Origin: Laetmonice hystrix
Lineage: Eukaryota
Direction of reading: 5' to 3'
NCBI GenBank assembly: GCA_965235115.1
Contig: OZ249446.1
Span: forward strand, 28,086,001 to 28,150,000
Length of the DNA: 64,000 bases
Of this stretch, positions 1 to 12,300 are shown piece by piece. Both the position numbers and the translations under genes were made by a program. The notes beneath the pieces are model-generated. The model saw nothing but the letters and a program-made list of their open reading frames with translations. It did not search any database and had not been told where the DNA came from. Within the stretch, counting starts at the first letter, position 1. Every line of letters starts with the position of its first letter.

Positions 1-716
1 GTCAATCTTGAGTTATCGTTATGACCTCGATTTTTTGGTTTTTTACGTCTTAAAAACATTCATAATAAGACATAATTTCGGCGTCATTTTTAAAACATCT
101 TTTATTTGATCATCCAGTTACATCGTTTTTATGTCAAGATGGATATATCTTTTATACATCATGAGGCTAGGTGGTGAATTGTTTTTACACAAAAGTTGCT
201 GTGCCTGTCAAAAGAAGATTGAAATTATCAAAGAAACGCTTATTTCCATATACAATAACTATGACTCAGTAATAGTATTGTAGTGAAATACGCTTTCCGT
301 AAATTTAATTAATCCTGTACCTTATTTACCGGTAAGTTCTTAATCATACTTCGCTCGTACCTTAGTGCATGGTGTAGCCTACCACTAAAAACCTATTCTA
401 AGATGCACGATTCAAAGACATACGAATGCCATGTCTAATGGGCCCGATAAAAACTGTGATAAAAAAGGTCCTGAGACTTATTCTGGTTCCGTAAATGTAG
501 GCCTACTTAATCCTATATCCTGTACCTTATTCTTAATCATACATCTGTATGGTGTAGGCCTAACACTAAAAATCTAAGATTCCTAATGACATTTCTAATA
601 GGTCTGATAAAAACTGTGATGAAAAAGGTCCTGTGATTTAAAAGCAAACTCGGAGTCAATTTTGCAGATGAGAGATAGAAGTAACATCACCTTATCTCCT
701 TTCGTGTAGGCCTACT

Positions 717-1475
717 TCATACGAAACATGCCCCCTTTTCTCTTGCTGCGTAACGCATGAATGTGGCAATTTTACCTTTCACATCTGTGACAGTGCTTTC
801 TAAGCTGTCTACAAAACAATCTGATGATGGACTTTTTTTCATAATTCTGCTTTGTAGTCACTCTAACTGTGCAAACAATAAGGTGTACACAGTATCCATA
901 TCTGTCTGTCGATTATAAACCATTTGAAGGGATACATTGAGGCTAATTGGGGATAGTCAGTGTTACCTTTTCGAGTAGGAACTTTTATATAGGAAATGCT
1001 ACGACAGTTACACATTTACCTTCAATCACCTTGCAGAGGGCAGTCTTGCCAAATGCCATCTTGGTCCTATTCTGCCCCTTCATGTTAAAGTGCTTCTGGA
1101 GTGAAGCAGTCATCAGCCTGTTAAACATAGCGATGGTAACACTCATGATTGATAAAGACAACAAGAAATTTACCAAGCAAGGCAATTTAAAATGCTGGGA
1201 ACAGTTTTTTCTTTCATAAGTCAAAAGATTAGAGTAGCCAAATGAAAGGCAATGAATAAAATGATTTAATTTTAACAAAATTACTGTTACCATAAAATAA
1301 CATATTACTGGCAGCAAGTCGTAACGTCGTAAAGGCCTTTTGAAGAAAGGCCAAGTTTATGGTCAGACATGTGTCATGACAAAGTTCTACATTTGTACTC
1401 TTTATACCTACCTTGTAATCACGTTTTCCACCATGTTCCGCAGTCTGTTCCTCCGATTCTGGTGCAGAAGGCAAG
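717..1475 (-). pseudogene. Three 3' exons (1412-1475, 1020-1117, 717-820) of a DUF4806-like gene, with a 1-nt frameshift in the first of them
   Basis: AG/GT-bounded exons splice in frame to ...RNMVENVITRLMTASLQKHFNMKGQNRTKMAFGKTALCKVIEDCFVDSLESTVTDVKGKIATFMRYAAREKGACFV*. The upstream LAFCTRIGGTD lies one frame off. The IGG...LMT...FNxKG...K.AF..T.L..VI...IA.F.R.A pattern matches my recollection of DUF4806. Confidence 0.6.
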
Positions 1476-1958
1476 CTTGAATGAAAAAAAGAAATATTAT
1501 TAACTTTATCAGTCCTATGCACATCTATTGCACTTTGGGGCACCACCGAGAGCAATAATAATAGTCAGGAAGAAGTGGATGGAAGAGCAACTTATACGAA
1601 ACCAGGCGATTAGAGGGGGAGGGGTAAAAAGAAACTAGATATTTTTGGTAGTATTACTATTAGCTCAGATTATACTTAAATCTTTATTACAGCAGAACCC
1701 CACATAGGCTATACTTTGAGTCAGACCTCGTTTGTCCGATCAGCTTGGTGTCCATTAAATGCGATTGTGAAACATACGGATCACTGAATCATTTTAAATA
1801 AGGGCCTAGGCCGAGAAAATGGTAGAGGTTACCAGATTGTGTGTTCGGATTGTGAGGTAGGATAGGATTAAAACAGGACGGTAACGAGGACTGACTGAAT
1901 AACATTCATTTCAACTTAAATAGAGTATTGTTTATGTTTGTGTATAAAAGTGGTATAT

Positions 1959-2146
1959 CCCCTGTGGTAACTTAAAACCCACGAAATCTGGTCAGAAGTG
2001 AGGATCCCCAACACTGACCTTATCTTTAACCCCTAACCCCGGTCCCTACACATCCCCAAAACATATCCCTATTCTATCCCTTTCCATATCCCTGACCTTA
2101 ACTCGAACCCCTACCCAAAAATTTTGTCTGGAAGTTACCACGGGGG
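1959..2146. mobile_element. Short MITE-like element with 14-bp imperfect TIRs
   Basis: cccctgtggtaact (1959-1972) versus agttaccacggggg (2133-2146), 13/14 complementary. A related inverted sequence lies at about 52685-52815. No TSD seen. Confidence 0.4.
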
Positions 2147-5100
2147 AACAACCATAAAAGTGTGAGGGATAGATCTTATAAGGTCAGACCCACATTCAGT
2201 AATAGTATGTTGGCTTACTTCTCCTTCGTATACACTCAGCTATGTACCCGCACACTGTACATAATATCAATCATCAGAAGGCACTTTGTACGTAGTTTCG
2301 TTTCGACAGAAATAGTCTACTATAGCCTAATTAATTACATGTACACAATAATTTAGATGACTGTTACTATTAACCCTATTCATAGGCGGCGGAAGCTGAG
2401 GGCACTCCCCCTAATAACTTTACTGGGGGTATACCCCCCAATAATCCTGGATTTTGTATATTTTTTATGGCATATTATTAAATATTTTTGTATCTAGATG
2501 GATCCGTTTTTGTATATAGGCCTATGATACAACCATCTTCCACTATACCTCAAGCAAACACCCCCCCCCCCCTAAATATGGACCCCCTATCTGTTCCGCC
2601 GCTACTGCTATGGTATAGATCATAGTTTTATAGCCTAGACAACATTTTTTTTGGTTTTATATAAAGGATTTAGAGAATTATAATGGAGCAAAATCGTTAT
2701 TCGGCCTACGTTAGATAGCATAGGCCTACTTAAGATTAATTTTAATTAATTAAGTTTGAAATACAGTCCAGTCTACTTACCACTGGTGGTGCACAGTTGG
2801 AGTTGGAGCTTCCTGCTTGTGCTCGAGTCTGTAATGGAGTGGGCAGCATGCAGGTTCACGTTTTGTCAGGGAGGGGGAAAACGCGCGAAACTTTGACAGA
2901 GTAGGCTAATGAGGAGCAGCTGCGGGTCAGTCAGCGTGCGACCAAGTACGGCGGCGATGTTGTGACCTCATAAAACGACATAACATTATGCGCCCTGAAC
3001 AAAACTTCATGGCCAGTGATAGCCAAAGAATTCGGCTCTGTGCTCTGTACAGAGCCGAAGATCGCTGTTCAGAATTTCCGAGCGTACCCGGACAAATCTT
3101 CTGTCTGCCATGAAAAGCCCTCCCTTGTCTCTATATGTTGATGAAAAAGTGATGAATAAACTCAAAATAACTTATCTCTCATATCTGCAAGCTGGAAAAG
3201 CACGATGCGACAAAATAAAGACAGTCACATCTCTTGAACCGAGAAATTTCAATGCTCGTTGAGTGCCGCCATTACCGTCGGAGACACCCTCCAACGCAGA
3301 GCTACTTCCGCTTCGCTTTCGCTTCACACAGTAGTAAGCGAGACTCTGCTTAGGAGAGTGCGTCGGAGAGATGCATGCTGGGATCAAAGGCAACATGGCG
3401 GCCGGTAAAACGCCGTTAAACGGGTGATCTAGACATGAATTTGACGTTGTACTATTAAAAACACTGCTTCATGACCCCACACACTTACTGTCGAGATAAA
3501 TGGATGCCGGTGAGTTGATCAGTGCAAGCGGTGGTGGTCTGGCCTGGGTGTGGTCTGGCCCGCCAGGAATTTAAGCCATTGCCTGTAAGCCTTGTTGGCT
3601 CGGCACAAGGCTTACTACGTAGGCTAGGCCAGTGACAACTTTGCTAGTGTGGTTGGGGAAATCTAAACTAATGTACGATTGGTACGTGCCTTACAGTTTT
3701 ATAACTGTCATAAACTGTGCAAACAGAGGCTGTGGTCAGTATAGGGAGAGGATGCAGTGAGGTGAAGATGTCAATTCAACATTGAATCCCCCGATTATTC
3801 GGATGGCGCGCATTATCGGCGACCACCCTCGGGTAGGGGTCTCGGGTTACAGACAGGGCGCATCTGCAGGACGCTCACACGTTAACGTATCATCCTGGGG
3901 TGGGTGCTTATAGCTAGTTTGCCTCAGGCATTTTCATGAATGTATGGCCACAAGTTGAGACTTTGCAGAAACTCACAGGACGGAATGCGGAAAGAGTTAG
4001 CCTTTCATTTTCTGTGGGTTCCGTCGTGCCTCTATTAGAAAAAAGTTTACTGAGCTGCTAAATCTCGAGGGTCCTGTTTGAGTCTGGTCGGACCCACTGG
4101 GGCCGGAAAATTCTCATTCTGGCCATTCTTGCTATATACCAGCATGAATAGTGGGGGAGTGATGACCTGAGCTGACCCCAGCTGTCCCAAACTGCAGTGA
4201 CTGCTGATTAGGTGGAAGTAGAGATGACATTATAATTGGTTTCTTGCCTGCCACCAACCCTCACACTTGGCTGTGATATCTTAATGTCTCCCTACACGAG
4301 GACCACCTGTTATTCGGGTGACTGAGTTGTTTAATAAATAGCGATCCATAGGACATTCTGAGTTGCGTCCGACTCCTGAAAAGGATTTTTGACGGGAATT
4401 AGTAGATCCCTATATCTCAGAGGTTGCACGCTAACATTCTGCCCGCTTATTTTCTAACTTTTTTTAATTCGGGAATTTTTGACTTTACTGTTCATACATG
4501 ATGTAGCCTCTCTATTCCTATATCAGTCGCAGCTGCATACCACAACGTTAATTATACTTGGTTAAGCTGTTACCCAATACCTCAACCAGAACTGCTAGGG
4601 TAAATAAGGTCACCCAGATTACTCCAGATGTCCATCCCCAGGCGCAGATTCACGATGTCGGGAAGAATACCAATGTCAAAAACCACCAGAGGTTCAGTAA
4701 GGTTTTAGGCAGGGTCGGATCCAGAATTATATAAAGGAGGAAGTTTACGGAGGAAAATTTAGCTAAGGGGAAGTTCAGCAGGGTCAATTAATACATTTCT
4801 ATATGGGGGAACCCGGAAAAGAGCAATTGCCAAATCAACTGGAACCCCCTGCTTCGTCATTTTGACGAATTAGTCAGTCAGTTTGGACTCGCATATAAAA
4901 CAATATTAGTCATTTTGACAAACCCACATTAGTCATTTACTTGACCACTAGGTGGCAATATCAACATCACGTCTTGGAGTGAACTTGTGAAACAGATGTT
5001 TTGGTGTATTTGGTGTAGTTATACTTCAGGATGTTATATATTCGTAGAAAGTATAATACTGATTTCATGATATCTGTTATACATTGTTAAAAAAATCGCC

Positions 5101-7083
5101 GAAAAGTGCTGTAAAGTTACAGCAACAGTTGTCGGCAGCTGAGTGTACAGTACACTTATGCTGTTTCTTAACAGCATAAATTGCTGTTAAGAAACAAGCA
5201 TGTTCCTGTAAATTTACATTAATATAAAACATGAAATACTAATGTAATTTAATTGTACACTGAACAGTTACTCGTGAAAATTATGATAAGCGAGAAACAA
5301 ACATCTTGCTTTTTAATTTAAATTCGTATGGCCTGATGATTTCAGACAGGTCCATTCGAGGAAAATTCAAACGTCTGCAACCTAAGAGGCTACTCCGCAT
5401 GATAATGTCGACTGCTTTTAGAAAGGAGTTAAGATTATGTTCTCTAACGTCCAAAGATGGTGTTTCCATGAGCAATATTAACAACTTCCACTTATAATTA
5501 GGCCCCTGTTTGACATTATGATTAACTCTACTTACCATCACAAAGGGTGTATTCATATTATTGTTGCATTAACCAACTATCACAGGTATACTTATATATG
5601 ACAATTCGGGGTATAGACACAGAAAGGGGCAGGTGAGAGTCATCACGTGACCACTCTGATGGTTATCCAGTCATAGATGTGTAGTGAGATCTCACTACAC
5701 ATTTATGATCCAGTAACGTCTTACGTCCTGTAAAATTACAGTTAGCTTATTTTACTGATGGAATACAGCAAGAGTAACTGTCAAACTACAGTAACATTGG
5801 CGGTAATTTCCAATAACAGCACCATGCGCTGTTCCTTTTACAGCTTTATATCTTGTAAATTCACAATTTTTTCGAGTTTTCCCACCCCACCCCCATTTTC
5901 GTGTTCAAAGTAAGTCGGATATTTGTCTATTTGACTCGTATAGGTTGGTCACTTTGACTAATTCTATTAGTACTCACAGTGACAAATCTGAGGTTGACGA
6001 ACACGTTAGTTACAATGACTAACAAAGTTTGTCGTCTCAGAGATGGACCAATGAGAAACCTTTATTTTCAGTTTTTCAGTGCAAACATAAACAAAGGCCT
6101 AACAACTATGCCGGCCACAGAGAACTTGATTTAGGGATTTTGTTTAGGGACACCAAAACAGAATATTTAAAAAAATGCTATTAGTATATTGCTGACAAGA
6201 ACTATTATACTAATATACATTGTTATAGAATCAGACACAGGTGAGACACATGGGGAATATAATGATTCAGTCTACAGTCACAACATACGGCTCGATTTTT
6301 GTTTTGCTGCTGTTGCTTTTTGGTGGTTTTCAAATTGAAATTTTGGAAATTATATTGAGTTATATTGAGTTCCATATTGAGTTATATGGAAATTATTGCA
6401 TTAGACTGTAAAATGTCTCACCCATAATTACGAGAGGGACCATTAATGTATTTTAAAATCGAGCCTTGCAGGAGGGTCTGTATCCACGGAAGACCTTTGA
6501 AACATAGGCCTACAGGAACCGAGCATATAGGCATGTAAGTGGATACGTGTACATTATCCGTAGTTAAATACCAAGACTTGGACCCTTTGATCACCCTATG
6601 AGATTGTCTGCAGACAGTTAAACTATATTTAGCCTCCGACAGGGCAGGGCCGTAGGCCTATCAATGGTCTCGTCTGTCATTTCCCAGATTGTTTAGTTGT
6701 TTGCGTGCGTGCCCCTGGGCAGACAATGAGAGAAAAAGCTTCTAACTTTTTATCCAAAAGGTAGGCCTATATCTATAGGCCCATTCGGTCTCGAATAGGT
6801 TGTCATAATAGGAGCCACTAGAATCTATAGAAATGATGTGCGGGCGGGCACGTAATCGGCACTTTGAATATATATATAGGCCTATGTTAATCGGATCCAA
6901 CTTACATTGATGTCCAAAAGGCGCGGACGTTTTGGCCACATCATTGCGTAGGCCTAGGCCTATACCAAATTGTCCGCAAAGCCCAAAACGCCCACGACCC
7001 TTAGAGGATCCAATCTAGTAGGCCTAATAGTAATAGCAATAGGCCTACTAGCCCCCGGAACTAGGTATAACTACAAGGCCCCC

Positions 7084-7084
<1 letters not shown>

Positions 7085-7125
<41 letters not shown>

Positions 7126-7212
7126 GGCCTACTACTACTACTACTACTACTAGGCTACTACTACTACTACTAGCTACTACTCCTATAGGCCTACTACTAC
7201 CACTACTACTAT
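7085..7212. repeat. (CTA)n / (TAC)n microsatellite
   Basis: Direct reading; it explains the poly-Leu/poly-Tyr ORF at 6970-7173. Confidence 0.95.
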
Positions 7213-7449
7213 TTTGTAAAGGAGTGTAAAAGGTGCATTATTTTAAACCAAAAGAAATCTTCATATCCAAACAAGTTCTGAGATTGCATCATTTAATCAT
7301 AGACCTAAACTATGATTTAATGTCTGTTTTTAAATTTCCCGGAGCAGCATGGCTTAAGGCCATCTCTGAAGTAGGCCTATCTAAACTTAGGACACCCCCT
7401 CCCCCCCCGAAGATTTCGCAAAGTTGCTGAAGCATCAAAGGATTGATAT

Positions 7450-8132
7450 TGTAACACTATTACTAGCCTACCATAGACGTGCTATTACCAATACTTGACA
7501 ACTACCGCCGACCAGTCCAAACGTGGCAACAGCCGGTGTTACGGCTAGGGGCGGCGAGGCCTAGCCCAGCCGCTGTCACAGACTCCCGTGAGGTTCTCCC
7601 CTGGGACCCGGGAAACGCCCCAAACGAGGGGGGGGGGGGCGGCTTAATGCCCTACAACTTGTACAAAGTATGGGGTCTATCCCTGATAGGCCTAGACTAC
7701 GGCTGCGAGGTGGGTGGCCCGGCCAACCCCTTCCCACTCCCTGAGTGGGGACACAAAATGGCGGCCGCAGATGGCAAGAACAACACGAGGCCTACTCACG
7801 TTTAACACAAGTCGTGTTGACCAAAGTGAGGCACCCGGACGCCTACAGACGGGTCAGACTCCACTACCACACTAGGCCTAACTACCCCCTACTGCACGCG
7901 GAACCTGGCAGGTCTTCCTATGAGTGGGGGTGACACGTAGATCCACGAGACTTCGTCCCCGGGCACAGATGGGCAAAGCTAGCCAAACACGTCCGTGCTC
8001 ATGGAGGGATCTGTGAAGTCTGCCTCTCCCTCGTCGGACGGCCCAGGTCACCCGCCAACGCGCATGCGCGGGCGGGTCACTGGGTCACCGGAATGCCAAT
8101 CGTCAGAAGACGAGGGAAATACAAACGCCACA
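7450..8132 (-). repeat. Gypsy-A 3' LTR (683 bp)
   Basis: By eye it differs from 16581-17261 only by one A/G substitution and a G-run length (12 vs 10). Preceded on the - strand by the PPT aggggtgggg (8133-8142). Confidence 0.97.
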
Positions 8133-9367
8133 CCCCACCCCTGGTTAAATTGAGTCTAAGTCGAAGACGAGACTCACTAAGGACCCGTCTAGACTGTTAC
8201 TAACTCCCTACTTTACAAACAAAACTGACCCGACACCAGGCGCCACGGGTAAAAGTACAATATGGGTTGCAAAGAGTACACACACTCTACCCACACAAGG
8301 AGTACACAACACGGCAAGACGGCTTGCCACGCAAAAAGTTATATAAAAATCCCAAGGGGGGGTACCCTGGTCCTACCCTACTTTAACTACCAAGTACAGT
8401 GTTAAAGCTAAGAGCTCTCCGAACGCCACCACTAAAACTACTACAGCGCCCCAGCCACCCGCGATGTCATGGAAGCCAAGCTTCTAAGGGTGAGTCCAAC
8501 CACCACATGTCCAGCCATGCACAAGTGTCCGTCAATATTAAATGTTAACCACCACGTTAAAGTTCAGTTGTGATCCATGCAGCAACCTAAAGTTCTACGG
8601 CACACGCTCTGATGGCCACGGTGCGGTCTAGCACAGAAACGCACAAAGCTGGTATATGTTCATAGGCCTGCAGCTCAAGCACTGGTGTTAAAAAGCGTCC
8701 AGCATACAAAAGATGGCTGTAGGTCCTGCAGGTGTTGACGTGCACGGGTCAGTTGATCAGGAGCAGTCACTGCACGGGGAAGGCGGACTCAGGCTCAGTC
8801 CACGTGAACGGGTGCAGCTCGTGGTGGAAGCGGATGGATGCTGTTGGGTGCCTGGTAACCAGGGAACCGGAGCCCCGACCGAGAACAGCTCAGTGGCAGA
8901 CCATCGAGGCGGGGCGTGGTGGCGCCAGAAAGCCCAGCCCGGATAGATGAGTACACTGCACCATACTGCAGGTGCGCCCGGGGTCCATCCAGGATCTAAA
9001 ACACTCCACTAAAAGACATGATATCACACCAGACTACGCTGTCTGCAAGTGTATACAAAAAAAAACTGTCCCACTAGGCAAACCTCTGGCCCCAGGGAGT
9101 CCCCATTAACTGTGTGTCAAACTTTTGGGATACTTTAATAAAAGAAAATCCCCATGAAGGGCGTCAGCTGACGCCCTTAATGATGGCCACATCAAGAAAA
9201 ATTACCCCTCTACAAAAGTTAACCCGTGGCCTGTTTTAATGGTAAGCTGTAGAAAAATAGCGTCGCAGACGCACCCCTCCCCTGCTAAGGGTAGAAAAGA
9301 AAAAGGGGGCCACCCAGGAGGGCAGGGCAGCAGGGGACGAACCGGGCCCCCCCAAAAAAGGGTGGGA

Positions 9368-12300
9368 CTACGAGTAGAGGTCCAACATACGCCATCCAGG
9401 GAGCCGGCGGTGCCTCTGGGGGCGTCGGGCAGGTGAGGGAGGGCCGGGGCCCTGGGGAGTGTCGGCATCAGGCGACACAGGAGGGCCGTCAGGTGTGGTG
9501 GACACAACCCCAGGCGACTGGGGGTGGGGGGGCGGGTGGGGTGTCGCGGGTGGGTCAGGGTCCGGGCTCGGAGGGGCCGGTTTGAGCAGGTCAACATGGA
9601 GACACCGGCGGCCAGTGGTCCCCATGGCGATAACATAGACAAGGTCATTTACCCTTTCGATGACCAGGTAAGGGCCAGCCCAGGGGGCACCCAGCTTGGT
9701 GTTGGCACGGGGAACGTCTAGGACCATCACCGCATCCCCAACCTGGAACGTACGGGGTTTGAGGGCGCGATCATACTGGCGCTTCTGGCGGCGTGCAGCG
9801 CGACCCACGTGGGCCCGGACGAAGGCATGAGCCGCCCAGTGGGCTTGGAGGACACGCTCAACGTACGCAACTGGGCATGGGCGATCCAAGGCGACGTGAA
9901 CGGCACCAAACATGATGGCGGCCGGAACGTTGACCTCGCGGCCCAGCATCAGAAAGTTGGGCGTACAGCCAGTCGAGTCGTGAACGGTGGCACGGTAGGC
10001 GGCAGCACAGTAGAAGATACGCGTGTCCCAGTCGGTGGGATCACCGTCAACAAATGTCCGCAACATTTGTAGGATCGTGCGGTTAAACCGCTCGACAAGA
10101 CCATCGCTTTGAGGCCTGTACGGAGTAGTCCGAGTCTTGTCGATGTTGTAGCCTCGGCAGAGCGCTGCAATGAGCCGGGACTCGAATTCGCGGCCTTGAT
10201 CTGAGTGCAGCTGGGTCGGGGCACCAAAGGGTAGAAACAGGTCTGTTACCAAGGCCTGAGCCACAGTTGGGGCGCGGTGGTCTGGTAGCGGCCAGACTTG
10301 AACCCATTTGGTGAAATAGTCGCAGGCAACCAGGACGTACTCATTGCCAGCAGGGGTCTCTCTGAGGGGGCCGAGTATATCCACCGCCACCCTCTCCATG
10401 GGGGCCGAGACGGAATCCTGGCGAAGAGGGGCCCTGCCCTTGCCCGGACCCGGTTTGGCCCGTGCGCAGGGCACACATTCCAGACACCAACGCCTGATGG
10501 CCGCGGAGCACCCAGGCCAGTAGAAGCGCTGCGTGATCAGGTTGTATGTGCGCGTACCACCCAGGTGGCAAGCCTGGGGCGATGCATGTAGGGCCTGAAA
10601 GATCAGGTGACGAATGGACTGGGGAGCCACAACCTGGAGCCGCGTGTGAGGGTGGGGGGTTTGAACTTTGTACTCACGCACCAAAATGCCATCATGAAGA
10701 TGGACGGAGGGCCACTGTGCCAGTAGAGACCGAGTTTCAGCGGCGGCATCGCGGGTCACCTCGGGCGGAGGCCGGACATCGCCGTCCAGCAGGATGCATG
10801 CCCTACCCACGTGTGGGTCTGCACGCTGCGTCGCACGCAGGTCGGACAGGGACATGACTGGCAGCCACCATTCACTGGAATGGTCGGACGTGTCAGGGAG
10901 AGAAGCCGCACGCACGGCAGGCTCGGCTGCCGAAGGGGTTGCACAGCAGTCGCGACAGCCATTTCGATGGCAACGAATGGGTTTGGTGTCCAGGGGGTAC
11001 CGGGACAGGGCATCGGCATTGCCGTGGCGGATGCCGGGGCGGTGTTGGATGTCCCAGTCATACGTATACAGGTAGGCAAGCCAGCGAGCCAGCATGTCGT
11101 CAGAGTCCCGGAAACGGGCGAGCCACACGAGTGAGGCATGGTCGGTGCGGATGGTAAACTGCCGGCCGTACAGGTACTTCCGAAACTTGCGGACGAACGT
11201 CACTACTGCCGCCAACTCTCGCAGAGTGGTGCAATACCGGCGTTGGGACTTGTGAAACATTTTGGCGGCATACGCGATCACTCGCTCCTGGCCATCGACG
11301 GTCTGACTGAGGACTGCACCCATGGCGCCGCCACTGGCGTCAGTGTCGAGGATGTATCGGGCGGTAGGGTGGGGAAAGGCCAGGACTGGGGCAGACACAA
11401 GGTCGGACTTCAAGCGGTCGAAGTTCCGCTGGCATTCATCAGTCCAAAGGAAAGGCACATTCTTGCCCACAAGACGGTAGAGTGGGGCTGCCTTGGCGGC
11501 ATAGTCGGGCACAAAACGCTGATAGTAGGCTGCGAGGCCGAGAAACGAGCGCACCTGCTTCTGTGAGCGGGGGGTGGGCCAGTTTGCAACGCGGGCAATC
11601 TTGTCGGGTTGGGTGTGAATCCCCTCTGAGGAGACAACGTGGCCGAGAAACTCAACACGGCGCCGAAACAGGACACACTTTTTCGGCTTCAAAGTCAGGC
11701 CTGCGTTGTAGAGCCTGCTAAAAAGTTGGTCGAGGCGGTCAAAGACGGATGAGATCCCAGTTCCACAGACCGTTACGTCGTCGACGAATGGGGCCAGGCC
11801 ATCCCCAATGATGCCCTGCAACAGCGAGTCAATAAGGCGTTCGAAGGTTGCAGGTGCGTTACAAAGGCCATATGGCATGACGGTGAACTCGTAAAGACCG
11901 CGATCCGTGGAGAAAGCAGTCTTCTCACGGGAGGCCGGGTCGAGGGGGATTTGCCAGAAACCACTGGCAAGATCAACGGAGCAGAACCATGAGTTGCCGC
12001 CCAGTACCTCGAGGCAGTCCTCCGTGCGGGGCATGGGGTAGCTGTCCTTGACGGTGACCGCGTTAAGCTCGCGGTAGTCGATACAAAATCGCAGACCACC
12101 GTCCTTCTTTTTAGCCATGACGATCGGGGCAGACCATGGGCTACTGCTGGGAGTGATGATGCCATCTGCCAGCATATCCTCAAGCTGCTGGGCACAGGCC
12201 TCCCTCATGGCTGAAGGGACCGGGCGAGGGCGGACCTTGATAGGGCGGGCATCCTGGGTGTCGATGACGTGAACTGCTCTGTCAGTCCGTCCAAGAGGGG

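Noticed and set aside
3172-5556. ORFs at 3172-3396 and 5281-5556 as transposase or gene pieces
   Set aside because: No diagnostic motif could be recognised. They may be upstream parts of the DUF4806-like gene, but this cannot be supported by eye.
6970-7173. ORF with a poly-Leu 'transmembrane' stretch
   Set aside because: It is the translation of the (CTA)n microsatellite.
7479-7933. ORFs duplicated at 7479-7933 and 16610-17062, and similar ones in the other LTR pairs
   Set aside because: They lie within LTRs, and the frame is broken by a homopolymer length difference between the two copies.
11770-11795. FVDD (Gypsy-A) and FIDD (Gypsy-C) instead of YxDD as a sign of inactive or unusual RT
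   Set aside because: Phe at this position occurs in other gypsy-type RTs, and both catalytic Asp residues are retained.
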